Position numbers and translations under genes: made by a program
Assembly: GCA_964612825.1 (NCBI GenBank)
Contig: CAZTCW010000014.1
Span: forward strand, 11,114 to 75,113
Reading direction: 5' to 3'
Source of the DNA: an uncultured Dehalococcoidia bacterium
GTDB taxonomy: Bacteria > Chloroflexota > Dehalococcoidia > Lucifugimonadales > UBA1127
Length of the DNA: 64,000 bases
The notes under the pieces: generated by a model
Told to the model about the DNA's origin: nothing
Database searches by the model: none
What the model saw: only the letters and a program-made list of their open reading frames with translations
In this document: in pieces, positions 27,830 through 38,047 of the stretch
Position numbering within the stretch: position 1 is the first letter of the stretch
How the letters are laid out: the number at the start of each line of letters is the position of its first letter

Positions 27830-29860
27830 ATGAAACAAGATATTCCTAAGAAAATTAACGAACTACGTGAACTCGTAAACTGGCATAATTATTTGTATCA
27901 CGCGCTAGATACGCCAAATATCTCTGATCAAGAATATGATCGTTTAATGTTAGAGCTCCAACGCATTGAATATCAAAATCCGGAATTTATTACCCAAGAT
28001 TCTCCTACCCAAAGAGTCGGAGCATCTCCAGTGAAAGGCTTCCCTCCTGTAGTCCATAGAGAACCAATGTTTAGTTTGGGCAACGTATTCGACGAATCAC
28101 AACTCCAGACTTGGTATGAACGGACTTGTCGGTTATTGGGGGTTTCTTCATTTGAGTCAACGTGTGAACTCAAATTTGATGGATTAGCGGTCTCTTTGAC
28201 GTATCAGGATGGAGTGCTGATCAAAGGATCAACGAGGGGTGACGGGGTTACCGGAGAAGAGGTAACCTCGAACCTGCGGACAGTAAAAAGTATCCCCTTA
28301 CGTTTATTAAAACCAATCCCATCCGTTTTGGAGGTGAGAGGGGAGGTTTATATAGCAAAGAGTGACTTTCTGCAATTAAATGCCAAGCGCATGGCTGACG
28401 CTCTTCCTCTCTACGCAAATCCTCGGAATACCGCGGCAGGAGCAGTACGGCAATTGGATTCGTTAATTACCTCCCAGCGTCCACTAAGCATTTGGGTTTA
28501 CGGAATCGGGAGTGACGATTCTGGATTGGCTCCTCCCACTCAAATCGAAACATTAGACTGGCTTCGTTCTTTAGGATTCCCGGTTAATCCCTACAACAAA
28601 TTTTGCCCAACTTTTGAATCCTTAGTTGAAATTTGCAACGACTGGGGAGGGAAATATGATGAGTTGGATTATGGTACCGACGGTTTAGTGATTAAAGTAA
28701 ATGATCGAACTATGTGGCAGGAACTGGGTTCTGTTGGGCGGGAACCGCGCTGGGCGATAGCTTTCAAATGGCCAGCTGAACAAGCTGTTACCAAGATAAC
28801 AAATATAGGGATTAATGTAGGGCGTACAGGAAAATTGAATCCATACGCCGTGATGGAACCCATCCACGTTGGGGGAGTAACCATCCAGCATGCTACACTT
28901 CATAACGAGGATTATATCCTTTCCAAAGATATCAGGATTGATGATTGGGTTGTGGTTGAAAGAGCAGGAGAGGTTATCCCTCAAGTGGTTCGAGTCCTTC
29001 TCGAATACCGAGCCAACGATTCGCAGCAATTTAAAATGCCGGAAACTTGTCCTGCCTGTGGACAATCGGTCATTCGGGATCCCGCGCAATCTGCATATTT
29101 CTGTGCCAATCCCTTATGCTCCTCTCAATTAGTTGAACGCGTCCAACACTTTGTTTCAAAAGGAGCCATGGATATTGAAGGGTTGGGACTTCAATGGGTT
29201 CGTACGCTAATAGAACGAAATGTCATTGCTGATGTTGCCGACCTTTATGAAATTGGCCCGGATGAGTTAATTGAGATCGACAGGATGGGAGAAGTTCTTG
29301 CGGAAAAAATTCTTCAGAATATTCAAAGTAGTAAGCAGGTCCCTTTTTCGCGTGTCTTATATGGACTGGGAATTTCGCATGTTGGGTCAGAAATTGCTGA
29401 GGTATTGACATCCTCATTCCCCAGTATGGATAAGTTTCTGGAATTAAAAGAAGAGGATCTTACGGGAATTCCCGGAATTGGACCGAAAATTGCGTCGAGT
29501 GTAATTTCATTTTTTCAAACCTCACAGAATCGGGCTTTGGTTAAGCGACTGACATCTTTGGGGGTTGGAATTGCGGATCCTCAAACAATTACTAAAGGGT
29601 TGATCCTTGAAGGATTGGTGTTTTGCCTTACGGGAACATTGGAGACAATGCCTAGATCCGCAGCTGAATCAAGAATTAAATCGCTCGGAGGTGGTATAAC
29701 GAGTCAGGTTACCAAAAAGACTACCCACCTTGTTATTGGACGTGAAGCAGGAGCACAGAAAGTTTCTCAGGCCGAACGGAGTAACACAACGGTCATAGGA
29801 GAAGAAAAGTTATTGGAGCTCTTCCAACAACCGGATGGGGATATTACCCTCAAATTCTGA
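27830..29860 (+). CDS. ligA: NAD-dependent DNA ligase
   Basis: CELKFDGLAVSL (adenylation Lys), a four-Cys zinc finger CPACGQ...CANPLC, HhH repeats and a C-terminal BRCT (FCLTGTL). Confidence 0.95.
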   Translation: MKQDIPKKINELRELVNWHNYLYHALDTPNISDQEYDRLMLELQRIEYQNPEFITQDSPTQRVGASPVKGFPPVVHREPMFSLGNVFDESQLQTWYERTCRLLGVSSFESTCELKFDGLAVSLTYQDGVLIKGSTRGDGVTGEEVTSNLRTVKSIPLRLLKPIPSVLEVRGEVYIAKSDFLQLNAKRMADALPLYANPRNTAAGAVRQLDSLITSQRPLSIWVYGIGSDDSGLAPPTQIETLDWLRSLGFPVNPYNKFCPTFESLVEICNDWGGKYDELDYGTDGLVIKVNDRTMWQELGSVGREPRWAIAFKWPAEQAVTKITNIGINVGRTGKLNPYAVMEPIHVGGVTIQHATLHNEDYILSKDIRIDDWVVVERAGEVIPQVVRVLLEYRANDSQQFKMPETCPACGQSVIRDPAQSAYFCANPLCSSQLVERVQHFVSKGAMDIEGLGLQWVRTLIERNVIADVADLYEIGPDELIEIDRMGEVLAEKILQNIQSSKQVPFSRVLYGLGISHVGSEIAEVLTSSFPSMDKFLELKEEDLTGIPGIGPKIASSVISFFQTSQNRALVKRLTSLGVGIADPQTITKGLILEGLVFCLTGTLETMPRSAAESRIKSLGGGITSQVTKKTTHLVIGREAGAQKVSQAERSNTTVIGEEKLLELFQQPDGDITLKF

Positions 29861-29889
29861 CGAGTTTGATAATCTTACTTGGAGCATTT

Positions 29890-30471
29890 ATGGATTCTAT
29901 CAAGGCGATAATAGGGTTAGGAAATCCCGGCCCTCGGTACGAAAACACCCGTCATAATGTGGGCTTAGATCTCCTTTCTAATTTTGCTTCTACGTATCCC
30001 TTGTCCTGGCACATGGATAGGGCCGGGATTGCTGTGCTAGAAGTGCAAATTTCATTGAAATCGGTGATGCTAATTAAGCTGAATTCCTATATGAACCTGA
30101 GCGGTGATCCTGTATCTAAATTGTGTCGTAAATTCAAATTGGATGCCAATGAGATTCTAATTCTCTATGATGATATGGATCTCCCGTTGGGAACCATCAG
30201 AATTAGGCCTGGTGGCGGAGCGGGAGGACACAAAGGGATGGAATCAATCATTGCTTTATTAGGTACCGAACAATTCCCTCGATTGCGAATTGGAATAGGA
30301 AAACCAAGAATTGAAGGTGAAGAAATTCGGCACGTATTAGGGAAGTTTACCGGCAAAGAAAAAAAAGATTTGGAAGCCGTTCGTTTTACTGTTGGGGAAG
30401 CTATTCCAGAAATCGTGGAAAATGGGTTGAATAAAGCTATGGGCCGTTTTAATGTGAAGGGTGAACGTTAG
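29890..30471 (+). CDS. pth: Peptidyl-tRNA hydrolase
   Basis: IIGLGNPGPRYENTRHNVG motif. GGAG lies 5-6 nt upstream of the ATG at 29890. The track ORF begins at 29866. Confidence 0.95.
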   Translation: MDSIKAIIGLGNPGPRYENTRHNVGLDLLSNFASTYPLSWHMDRAGIAVLEVQISLKSVMLIKLNSYMNLSGDPVSKLCRKFKLDANEILILYDDMDLPLGTIRIRPGGGAGGHKGMESIIALLGTEQFPRLRIGIGKPRIEGEEIRHVLGKFTGKEKKDLEAVRFTVGEAIPEIVENGLNKAMGRFNVKGER

Positions 30472-30541
30472 GGCAATCATTTGGATATAACGAGGGTACT
30501 GTAGTGCAGGGTTATAGGTTCGGGTCAACCACTGGGTTTTT

Positions 30542-31120
30542 TTACACGAGCCCCTGTAAAGCTAATAAAACGAGTTCCTCGACTGATTTTGATTGTGGTG
30601 AGGGTAATTTAGATACCGCAATCCGAGCTTCAGAGGGGGAATAACCTAAGGCTATCAACGCAGAAATAACTTCTGAATTCCCCGATTCCTGGACACTTGA
30701 AATGGTCTCTATCCAGTCTCCATCTAGTTTCCCTTTTAGTTCTAGTAATAATCGACCCGCAGTTTTCTTTCCAACCCCAGGAATTGAGTTCAAATTTTCC
30801 TGATCTTGAGTAAGTATACTTGTTACCAAGTGGTCAACCTCTACGTTTGAAAGAATTGTGAGAGCTAATTTTGGTCCAATACCCGTTACTCCTATCAGTA
30901 ATTCGAAAATCCGGAGTTCTTCAGGGCTTTTGAATCCATATAAACTCATACCGTCTTCTCGAACTGTTAAATGGGTATGGAGTTTGATTGCATTCCCTAT
31001 TGGACCAAATGATTGAATGGCAGAGGAGGGGACAGAAATTTGAAGAGTAACCTGGGCTATTTCTACGAGAACCCAATCTGGGCCAATCCCTTCGATTTTT
31101 CCATTAATAGCTCTTATCAT
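30542..31120 (-). CDS. ruvA: Holliday junction DNA helicase subunit RuvA
   Basis: MIRAINGKI...V start, LIGVTGIGPKLALTILS and IPGVGKKTAGRLLLELK HhH motifs, and C-terminal domain III. Confidence 0.95.
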   Translation of the reverse strand: MIRAINGKIEGIGPDWVLVEIAQVTLQISVPSSAIQSFGPIGNAIKLHTHLTVREDGMSLYGFKSPEELRIFELLIGVTGIGPKLALTILSNVEVDHLVTSILTQDQENLNSIPGVGKKTAGRLLLELKGKLDGDWIETISSVQESGNSEVISALIALGYSPSEARIAVSKLPSPQSKSVEELVLLALQGLV

Positions 31121-31134
31121 GAGAATACCTTTCG

Positions 31135-31689
31135 TTATAAAGTGGGGCGGGCTTCGGAAGTTCCAGGTGCCATGATTTTAGATACATGGTGGTTCTGTAA
31201 ATGACATAACGCTACAGCCAAGGCATCTGAGGCGTCTAACGGTTCGGGGGGATTGGAAAGTCCTAGTGTCAATCTAACTGCTTCTTGGATCTGTTCTTTA
31301 CTTCCTCGGCCATAGTTTGATACGGAACGTTTTACTTGTGTTGGCGTGTACAAAGACGTCGGGATATCTAGGGATGTTGCAGCTAATAGCGCTACTGCGA
31401 CAGATTGGCCAATGGCCATTACTGACTTTACACTGGTTTTAAATTCCTGGTTATAGGTAGAAGCTAGGGGAATGAATGGTTCTTCGATTGCTACAACTTG
31501 TGGATGCCAGGATTCAAGGTTTTCAACTAATTCTCGATAAATTTTCCAGAGGCGTTGGTTTAGGTTCAGTGTTTTCCTACAACTAATGACTCCGGAGGAA
31601 ACGTAGATTGCGTCCATTCCATCCGTATCAAGCAATCCAAATCCCATTCGAACCGTTCCAGGGTCGATTCCAAGGATACGTAGTGTCAT
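31135..31689 (-). CDS. ruvC: Crossover junction endodeoxyribonuclease RuvC
   Basis: ILGIDPGTVRMGFG and AIEEPF, with SDALAVALCH near the C-terminus. Confidence 0.95.
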   Translation of the reverse strand: MTLRILGIDPGTVRMGFGLLDTDGMDAIYVSSGVISCRKTLNLNQRLWKIYRELVENLESWHPQVVAIEEPFIPLASTYNQEFKTSVKSVMAIGQSVAVALLAATSLDIPTSLYTPTQVKRSVSNYGRGSKEQIQEAVRLTLGLSNPPEPLDASDALAVALCHLQNHHVSKIMAPGTSEARPTL

Positions 31690-31696
31690 TGTTGCC

Positions 31697-32458
31697 TCAG
31701 GAGTTGGCGTTATAGCGTTCTAAGATTTCTGTTGGGAAATCTCCATTTGTGTGGACCCTCTGCACGTCGTCTAATTCTTCCAAAGTATCTAAGAGCTTGA
31801 TGGTTTTTTCTGCTTCGCGAGGTGCGAGAGAACAAAGGTTTTTTGGCATCATGGTAATTTCTGCCCTTGTAGTAGGAATATTCTGGGCGTTGAGGGCCTC
31901 TTTTAACGGTTCGAATGTTTCTGGGGTGGTATAGATTTCTAATGAGGAATCATCTTGCATAAAATCATCTGCCCCCATATCGATAGCAAGTAAAGCAATT
32001 TCTTCAGATCTTTCTAAGGATTCTTCAATTGTGATGACGCCTTTATGTTCGAAGGTCCAGGCCACTGACCCACTTTCTCCTAATTTACCGTTTTGCCTAT
32101 CGAATGTTTTCCGTATTTCTGAAGCGGCCCGATTTCGGTTATCTGTTAGTGCCATAACCATGATAGCTGCTCCACCAGGGCTGTACCCTTCATAAATGAC
32201 CTCTTCTAAGGAGGCCCCGTTGTCACTACCCTGACCGGAAGCTCTCTTTATTGCCCGGTCGATATTATCCATCGGCATATTACTTTGCCGCGCTCTTTCT
32301 ACAGCCAGGCGTAAGGAAGCATTCATAGTTGGGTCAGGCCCCCCACTTCGGGCGGCTACGGTAACTTCACGGGCTAGTTTGGTAAAGACCTTCCCTCGTC
32401 GAGCATCGGCTTGACCTTTTTGATGTTTGATTGTGGACCACTTTGAATGGCCTGACAC
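31697..32458 (-). CDS. YebC/PmpR family transcriptional regulator
   Basis: MSGHSKWSTIKHQKG N-terminus and the classic position upstream of ruvC. Confidence 0.95.
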   Translation of the reverse strand: MSGHSKWSTIKHQKGQADARRGKVFTKLAREVTVAARSGGPDPTMNASLRLAVERARQSNMPMDNIDRAIKRASGQGSDNGASLEEVIYEGYSPGGAAIMVMALTDNRNRAASEIRKTFDRQNGKLGESGSVAWTFEHKGVITIEESLERSEEIALLAIDMGADDFMQDDSSLEIYTTPETFEPLKEALNAQNIPTTRAEITMMPKNLCSLAPREAEKTIKLLDTLEELDDVQRVHTNGDFPTEILERYNANS

Positions 32459-32756
32459 ATTGCACCTCGCTATAGTCTATCTGTACGCAATTTTACACGC
32501 CAAAAGGTGGAGGGTCAAAACATTTCGCTAATCAAGTAGGAAAGTATTCTTTGGACAAGAAATTGGGAATTCTGGAGACAAGGTTTTATTATGGGGTTTC
32601 ACGGAGTCTCTCGCACCTTCTTATACACTTTGGTTATTGCTTAAGTAATGCATTAAGAAGTTTCTGCAAAATCTAGTAAAAAACATTTCCAAACCTGATG
32701 CGTTCCTGCCCCGAGTGGGATATTATTGGAGCAATCGCACCGTTAATAGGAGGATT

Positions 32757-34175
32757 ATGGGTTCTCACGAGACCTCTAAATTTACCCGAAGGATTTACCC
32801 GCTTGCACCACAAGAAATGACTGAAGAGGAGTTGGCCGTAATCTTTGCTATGACCTCTCGCAGGCCAGAAGCTTTCTCGGAAATTCGAGATTTGGTTACC
32901 GCAGAAAAGGCTGCAGATTTTCATGAACGTTGGGTTTTAGGATACGGGCATGCTTCGGTAGCAGAACACGCCGTGATCCATATGGCAGTAGAGAATATTT
33001 CTAGACTTGCTTGTGATACGCTTGAAGATAATCGTTTAGCTTCCTACACCGAAAAATCCTCCAGATTCCAAATATTGGATAAAGATTCTTTTTATGTTCC
33101 TAGAGAATTAAAATCTTCCCCAAAACTTGAGCAAGTTTATGTCGAGGGTTGCAAGCGGTTGTTTGAATTGTACGAACGCCTTCTAGGGGGCGTAACGGAA
33201 TATCTAAGGATTAATGTTCCCCAGCGTGATGAAGAACGAGACGGGGCCTATAATCTGCGGCTCAGGAGACAGGCGATAGATAGTTGTAGGTTCGTTCTTC
33301 CTGCATCAACCCTTACGAACGTTGGCGTTTCAATGAATGCTCGTAGCATGGAACACGCAATACGAAAATTATTGTCCGCAAATTTGGAAGAAGAAAATGA
33401 TATCGGACAAATTATTAAAGAGCAGGGCCGGACCATCACTCCTACGTTAATTAGATATGCTGAACCGAGCCACTATCTCGAGAGAACACGGGAGGGAATC
33501 AGCACATTAACTTCCGCCCAGCTTCCTCAATTGGCTTCCCGAAGGGGTCTTTCTGAGATTCAAACTGACCTGCTCTGGTACGATACCGACGCTCAAATTC
33601 GCTTGATTTGCTCGTTGTTGTTTCCTCATTCGCTTCTGTCTTATTCTGAGATTTGGGAGACGGTGACCGAAATGTCCTCAGAAGGCCAGCGATCGATTGT
33701 CGAAGCGGCGCTAGAGAACTTAGGGCCTCACGATGCACCCATCCGCGAATTAGAGATGACCGATTATTCTTTCGAATTCCTTATGGATTATGGGGCTTAC
33801 AGAGAATTTAAACGGCATCGGATGCAATCATATGTAGCGCAACCGCTTACCGTGGATTTGGGATATATCTGCCCTCCGCTTATTCAGGAATCAGGAATCG
33901 AGTGCTTGTTTCAGGATGCAATGGATGTGTCAGCATCTGTATTTGACTCTATCCGGCAATCAAATATGAATGCTAGATTGGCTGAATACGTTGTTACTCA
34001 CGCTCATCGGAGACGTGTTTTGAGTAAAATGAACCTTCGTGAGTGCTATCACTTTTTTAAGATGCGAACTCAGCCTCAGGCCCATTTTACTATCCAGGAA
34101 GCGGCCACCAAGGCAATGCAATTGGTAGAAAATGTTCATCCGCTGTTACTCAGATATGTTCAGGTTAGAACTTAG
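32757..34175 (+). CDS. thyX: FAD-dependent thymidylate synthase, tandem-duplicated (two ThyX-like halves, 472 aa)
   Basis: First half has GHASVAEHAV and NRLASYTEKSSRF (ThyX-motif-like). Second half has FKRHRMQSY (RHR) and CYHFFKMRT. AGGAGGA RBS before the ATG at 32757; the track ORF starts at GTG 32715. Confidence 0.85.
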   Translation: MGSHETSKFTRRIYPLAPQEMTEEELAVIFAMTSRRPEAFSEIRDLVTAEKAADFHERWVLGYGHASVAEHAVIHMAVENISRLACDTLEDNRLASYTEKSSRFQILDKDSFYVPRELKSSPKLEQVYVEGCKRLFELYERLLGGVTEYLRINVPQRDEERDGAYNLRLRRQAIDSCRFVLPASTLTNVGVSMNARSMEHAIRKLLSANLEEENDIGQIIKEQGRTITPTLIRYAEPSHYLERTREGISTLTSAQLPQLASRRGLSEIQTDLLWYDTDAQIRLICSLLFPHSLLSYSEIWETVTEMSSEGQRSIVEAALENLGPHDAPIRELEMTDYSFEFLMDYGAYREFKRHRMQSYVAQPLTVDLGYICPPLIQESGIECLFQDAMDVSASVFDSIRQSNMNARLAEYVVTHAHRRRVLSKMNLRECYHFFKMRTQPQAHFTIQEAATKAMQLVENVHPLLLRYVQVRT

Positions 34176-34894
34176 TGAAATTTGCTCCCCTTCAAGAAGG
34201 AAGTTTTCGAACCCGACCAAATCGATTTTCCGCGATTGTCAGGATGAATGACGGGGATAAACTTGTCTACGTTCCCAATACTGGTCGATTGAAAGAACTT
34301 CTCCAGCCAGGTACCCGGTGTTTTCTTTCTTATCAACCAAGTCTTTCCCGTAAAACTGAACATGACCTACTGCTTGTATCTCCAAGCTTGATGGATTTAG
34401 GTGAGCCATCATCTGACACTGAACTTGTCTGTATTGATTCAAGAATTTCTCCACTTCTTGTATGGGAATCCCAGTGGAAAGGTTTACTCTCTGAATTTAA
34501 GGGATATGAATCTGGTTCCAGGGAACTCACCTTTGGGGATAGTAGGCTTGATCTAGCCTTCGATAGGGCTGACGGGAGAATATTGATAGAAGTTAAATCC
34601 GTGAATTTGGTAAGAAACAGGAGGGCATTATTTCCTGATGCTCCTACTCTTCGAGGGCGTCGGCATGTGTTGACGTTAGTAAAAGCAATCGAAGAGGGAA
34701 ATCGTGCGGCAATCGTATTTGTTGTACAACGTTCTGACACAGACGCTTTCTCAGTAAACCGATTACAGGACCCAGAATTTGCTTTTACTCTTCAATGGGC
34801 GATTACTCAGGGGGTTGAGGTTTACGCATACAAGTGTGCGGTGACGTTAACGGACATCAGAATCATGGGGAGGATACCAGTGGAGTGGACTTAG
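34175..34894 (+). CDS. sfsA: SfsA family DNA/RNA nuclease (sugar fermentation stimulation protein homolog)
   Basis: RPNRFSAIV...VPNTGRLKELL N-terminal OB part and IEVKSV, GRRHV nuclease-core blocks. The GTG start overlaps the thyX TAG by 1 nt. Confidence 0.9.
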   Translation: MKFAPLQEGSFRTRPNRFSAIVRMNDGDKLVYVPNTGRLKELLQPGTRCFLSYQPSLSRKTEHDLLLVSPSLMDLGEPSSDTELVCIDSRISPLLVWESQWKGLLSEFKGYESGSRELTFGDSRLDLAFDRADGRILIEVKSVNLVRNRRALFPDAPTLRGRRHVLTLVKAIEEGNRAAIVFVVQRSDTDAFSVNRLQDPEFAFTLQWAITQGVEVYAYKCAVTLTDIRIMGRIPVEWT

Positions 34895-34952
34895 ATTTTC
34901 TGAGGGGTCTGGTTTAACCAACTAATGTCAATAATATTTCTTCTGGGTAAAA

Positions 34953-35663
34953 ATGTTTATGAATAATCCAACGAATGTTATGGGAGTGTTTGAGAAACTC
35001 TTTAGTTATTACGGGCCTCAGGGATGGTGGCCCGGAGACAGCCAGTTGGAAATTTGTTTAGGGGCAATTTTAACTCAAAATACTTCATGGAATAATGTAG
35101 AAAAAGCCCTGCAAAACCTTAAGTCATATGGGATCTGTTCTATAGAGGATCTTAGTACTATCCCGGATTCCACACTCGCAAAATTAATCTATTCTTCTGG
35201 TTATTTTAATTCTAAAACTAAAACAATTAAAGCATTCGTTAGCGTAATTTGTAGCCAATATGGAGGTGGATTAGCGAAATTCTTAAATCTGCCGGGACAA
35301 CAATTACGAGCGCAACTTCTTGATATTAAAGGAATTGGAGAGGAAACAGCGGATGATATTATTCTTTACGCCGCCCAGAAGCCAACTTTCGTAATTGATT
35401 CATATACCCGACGAATAGGAGCACGACTCAAATTACCTACGGCCTATAAGAGTTACAGTACGTATCGTCATTATTTCCTTGAGAATCTACCGAATAACAT
35501 AAAAATTTTTAACGAATTTCATGCGTTGTTCGTAAGATTGGCTAAAGATTATTGTTTTAAGCAAAATCCTAATTGTAATTTTTGTCCGTTATTGTCCATC
35601 TGCGAAACTGGGAATATTGGCGGGTTAAAAAAGCTTAAAGGGACAAAGCTACGGATTTCTTGA
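34953..35663 (+). CDS. Endonuclease III-related HhH-GPD protein with C-terminal 4Fe-4S cluster
   Basis: YGPQGWWPG, ILTQNTSWNNVEKA, LLDIKGIGEETADDIILYA (HhH-GPD) and CFKQNPNCNFCPLLSIC, which gives Cx6Cx2Cx5C. Confidence 0.8.
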   Translation: MFMNNPTNVMGVFEKLFSYYGPQGWWPGDSQLEICLGAILTQNTSWNNVEKALQNLKSYGICSIEDLSTIPDSTLAKLIYSSGYFNSKTKTIKAFVSVICSQYGGGLAKFLNLPGQQLRAQLLDIKGIGEETADDIILYAAQKPTFVIDSYTRRIGARLKLPTAYKSYSTYRHYFLENLPNNIKIFNEFHALFVRLAKDYCFKQNPNCNFCPLLSICETGNIGGLKKLKGTKLRIS

Positions 35664-35701
35664 CCGGAGAATGAATTGGAAGATGGTTCCCATGCCAATC
35701 G

Positions 35702-36940
35702 TTATAAGAGACTGACTGGTGATTCTAGAAGTCGTTTTACTTCGACCAAAAACCTTGCTCCACTTGCTCCATCAGAAACACGGTGGTCTACTGCCAAGGT
35801 AGCAAACATTGTCCTAGCAATGGTAAGAGATTTTTCTACGACTACTGGACGCTCTTTTACGGTTCCCACCGCCAATACGGCACTATTGGGTGGATGAATA
35901 ATCGCTGTAAAACTTTCAACGTCAAACATCCCTAGATTACTAACGGTAAAGGTTGATTCGGAGTATTCTTCTACTTGAAGCTTGTCATTTTTTGCCCGTT
36001 CCACCAGGTCTTTGCTCGCTGTTGCTAGTTGAGTAAGTGATAAGTTTTGGCAACGCATTATGGCTGGGACCATTAGCCCCTTTTCTTCAAGGTCGATGGC
36101 TACCCCGATATTGATGTTGGGATGAAGATCCAGGCTGTTATCAATAAAAGAAGAATTGAAACCTACGAATTGAGGCTGTCCAAGTGCGATAGCACAGGCT
36201 TTAACTATAAAGTCGTTAATGCTTACCCTGCCACCAGATTCTCCTAATTTAGCATTCAATTGTTGGCGCACAGATAGGGTAGCCTCCATGTTTATCTCTG
36301 CGGTTACATAGAAATGAGGAATCTCTTGCTTGCTTCTTGAAGTTAATCTTGCAATAGCCTGACGCATACGTGAAAGCGGAATCCGCTCTGCGCCGGAATT
36401 TGGAGAGGATATTGAATCTTCTGGGGAATCTGCTGTAACAGACACCTTATTATCCGTAGGTGAATCCCCCGCAGCCAGAACATCCTGTTCAGTAATGCGT
36501 CCTCCGGGCCCGCTTCCTTTTATTGTACTTAAATCAATCCCTTTTTCTGTGGCTATTCTTTTCGCTATTGGAGAAGCTCGAAATTCCCCTTTCGCAGCTT
36601 CGTGTTTTTTGGGGGTGGATTCATTAGGTGTATTTGCGGTAACAGTTTCTTTTTTATTTCCGGAGGTTTCTTGAGGGGTGGATTCCAGCGAAATTTCTTC
36701 GTCCTTCCCCCCAATTATTCCCATGGTTTCTCCGACAGGGATTGTTGAACCTTCTTCGGCGACTATTTTTTTTAGCACGCCAGAGGCGGTACTGGGCATC
36801 GGAATAACGGCTTTATCTGTTTCTATTTCTGCTATTTCTTCCCCTCGGGAGATAGAATCTCCTTCTACTTTGAGCCATCGGACTAAGCGCCCCTCTTTCA
36901 TGTCGTAACCCATTTGGGGCATAAGAATCAAATCAGCCAT
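35702..36940 (-). CDS. 2-oxoacid dehydrogenase E2 (dihydrolipoyl acyltransferase)
   Basis: Lipoyl domain EIETDKAVIPMPS, E3-binding ASPIAKRIATEKGIDL and catalytic DHRVSDGA. GGGAGA RBS before the ATG at 36940. Substrate (pyruvate, acetoin or branched-chain) was not determined. Confidence 0.9.
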   Translation of the reverse strand: MADLILMPQMGYDMKEGRLVRWLKVEGDSISRGEEIAEIETDKAVIPMPSTASGVLKKIVAEEGSTIPVGETMGIIGGKDEEISLESTPQETSGNKKETVTANTPNESTPKKHEAAKGEFRASPIAKRIATEKGIDLSTIKGSGPGGRITEQDVLAAGDSPTDNKVSVTADSPEDSISSPNSGAERIPLSRMRQAIARLTSRSKQEIPHFYVTAEINMEATLSVRQQLNAKLGESGGRVSINDFIVKACAIALGQPQFVGFNSSFIDNSLDLHPNINIGVAIDLEEKGLMVPAIMRCQNLSLTQLATASKDLVERAKNDKLQVEEYSESTFTVSNLGMFDVESFTAIIHPPNSAVLAVGTVKERPVVVEKSLTIARTMFATLAVDHRVSDGASGARFLVEVKRLLESPVSLL

Positions 36941-37051
36941 TATTAAATCTCCCAATGTTCGAAAGGTATATTTATTGTCGCCGTACAATCCATGAACTGG
37001 TAATTTCCCGCAACAATATTTGGTGCGAAAGCTTGGATAAATGTTCGAGGG

Positions 37052-38029
37052 CTATAATTCAAAATTGTCCTCGATTGATTGAAGAATTGATTGCGTAGTT
37101 GGGAAAGCCAAGTCCTCTAATGGTTTTGAGAAAGGGCTAGGTACATCTTCCCCCCCTAGATGGGCAACGGGAGCGTCTAAGCTGTCGAAAGCTTCTTTTT
37201 GGATCGTGTAAGCGATAGAAGTTCCGAGAGATCCAGTTTTCCACATCTCGTCAAGCACCAGGCATCTGTGGGTTTTTTTCACTGAAGAAATAAGAGAGTC
37301 CGTGTCCAAAGGCCGAAGGCTTCTTAAATCAATAATTTCGGCTTCTATTCCTCTCTCTGATAAGGTTCGGGCTGCTTCTGCGGCAAGCCCAACCATTTTC
37401 CCGTAACCAATTATTGTCAAGTCGGTTCCTTCTCTTTCAACCCGAGAAGAGCCCAGAGGTGTTTCATAGTAATCATCGGGGACTTCCCCTCTTACACCAT
37501 ATAACAATGCGTGTTCACAATACAGAACAGGGTTATTCTCCTTTATGGAACTTCGTAGTAATCCGAGAGCATCAATTGGGGTAGAAGGGACGACTACTTT
37601 AAGTCCTGGGATGGATGAGTACCATCCCTCAAAACTTTGGGAATGAGTGGAACCTAATCCAGCTCCGCCTCCAGTCACGGTTCGTATTAATAGCGGTACT
37701 GAATATTGTCCATTAGTCATATAATGAATTTTAGCGGCATGGTTTACGATTTGGTCAGAGGCCAATAGACTAAAGTTGATGGTCATTATTTCTACAATCG
37801 GGCGAACTCCCCCCATGGCTGCTCCGACTCCAGCTCCAACAATCACTGACTCAGATATAGGAGTGTCTTTGATTCTTTTTGCCCCGTACTGATCAAAAAA
37901 GCCTCTGGTTACTGCGTACGGGCCTCCATATGCACCGATATCTTCACCCATCATGAAAACTTTAGGATCATTGTCTAAGGCTTCCCGTAATCCTTTTGTT
38001 ATAGCTTCGCGTATTGTAAGTTCAGCCAT
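37052..38029 (-). CDS. 2-oxoacid dehydrogenase E1 component beta subunit
   Basis: MGEDIGAYGGPYAVTRG, DTPISE and HSQSFE blocks of the transketolase-like E1-beta. Confidence 0.9.
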   Translation of the reverse strand: MAELTIREAITKGLREALDNDPKVFMMGEDIGAYGGPYAVTRGFFDQYGAKRIKDTPISESVIVGAGVGAAMGGVRPIVEIMTINFSLLASDQIVNHAAKIHYMTNGQYSVPLLIRTVTGGGAGLGSTHSQSFEGWYSSIPGLKVVVPSTPIDALGLLRSSIKENNPVLYCEHALLYGVRGEVPDDYYETPLGSSRVEREGTDLTIIGYGKMVGLAAEAARTLSERGIEAEIIDLRSLRPLDTDSLISSVKKTHRCLVLDEMWKTGSLGTSIAYTIQKEAFDSLDAPVAHLGGEDVPSPFSKPLEDLAFPTTQSILQSIEDNFEL

Positions 38030-38047
38030 GGTTATTGCTCCAATAGT

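Noticed and set aside
30505-30541. GGTTCGGGTC, reminiscent of a tRNA T-arm, followed by a T-run (gggttttttta) between pth and ruvA.
   Set aside because: No acceptor, D or anticodon stems can be built around it, so it is not a tRNA. The only stem preceding the T-run is 4 bp (ggtt/aacc), which is too weak to call a terminator.
31135-32458. yebC-ruvC-ruvA lacking an adjacent ruvB.
   Set aside because: Separation of ruvB from ruvA is common in many phyla. It is not evidence of anything unusual.
32459-32756. 298-bp divergent intergenic region between yebC and thyX, examined for a structured RNA or small ORF.
   Set aside because: It contains only a 16-codon ORF without an RBS and weak 5-bp hairpins. 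Divergent promoters explain it adequately.
35676-35897. 73-aa plus-strand ORF after the EndoIII-like gene.
   Set aside because: It is antisense to the well-conserved catalytic C-terminus (DHRVSDGA region) of the E2 acyltransferase.
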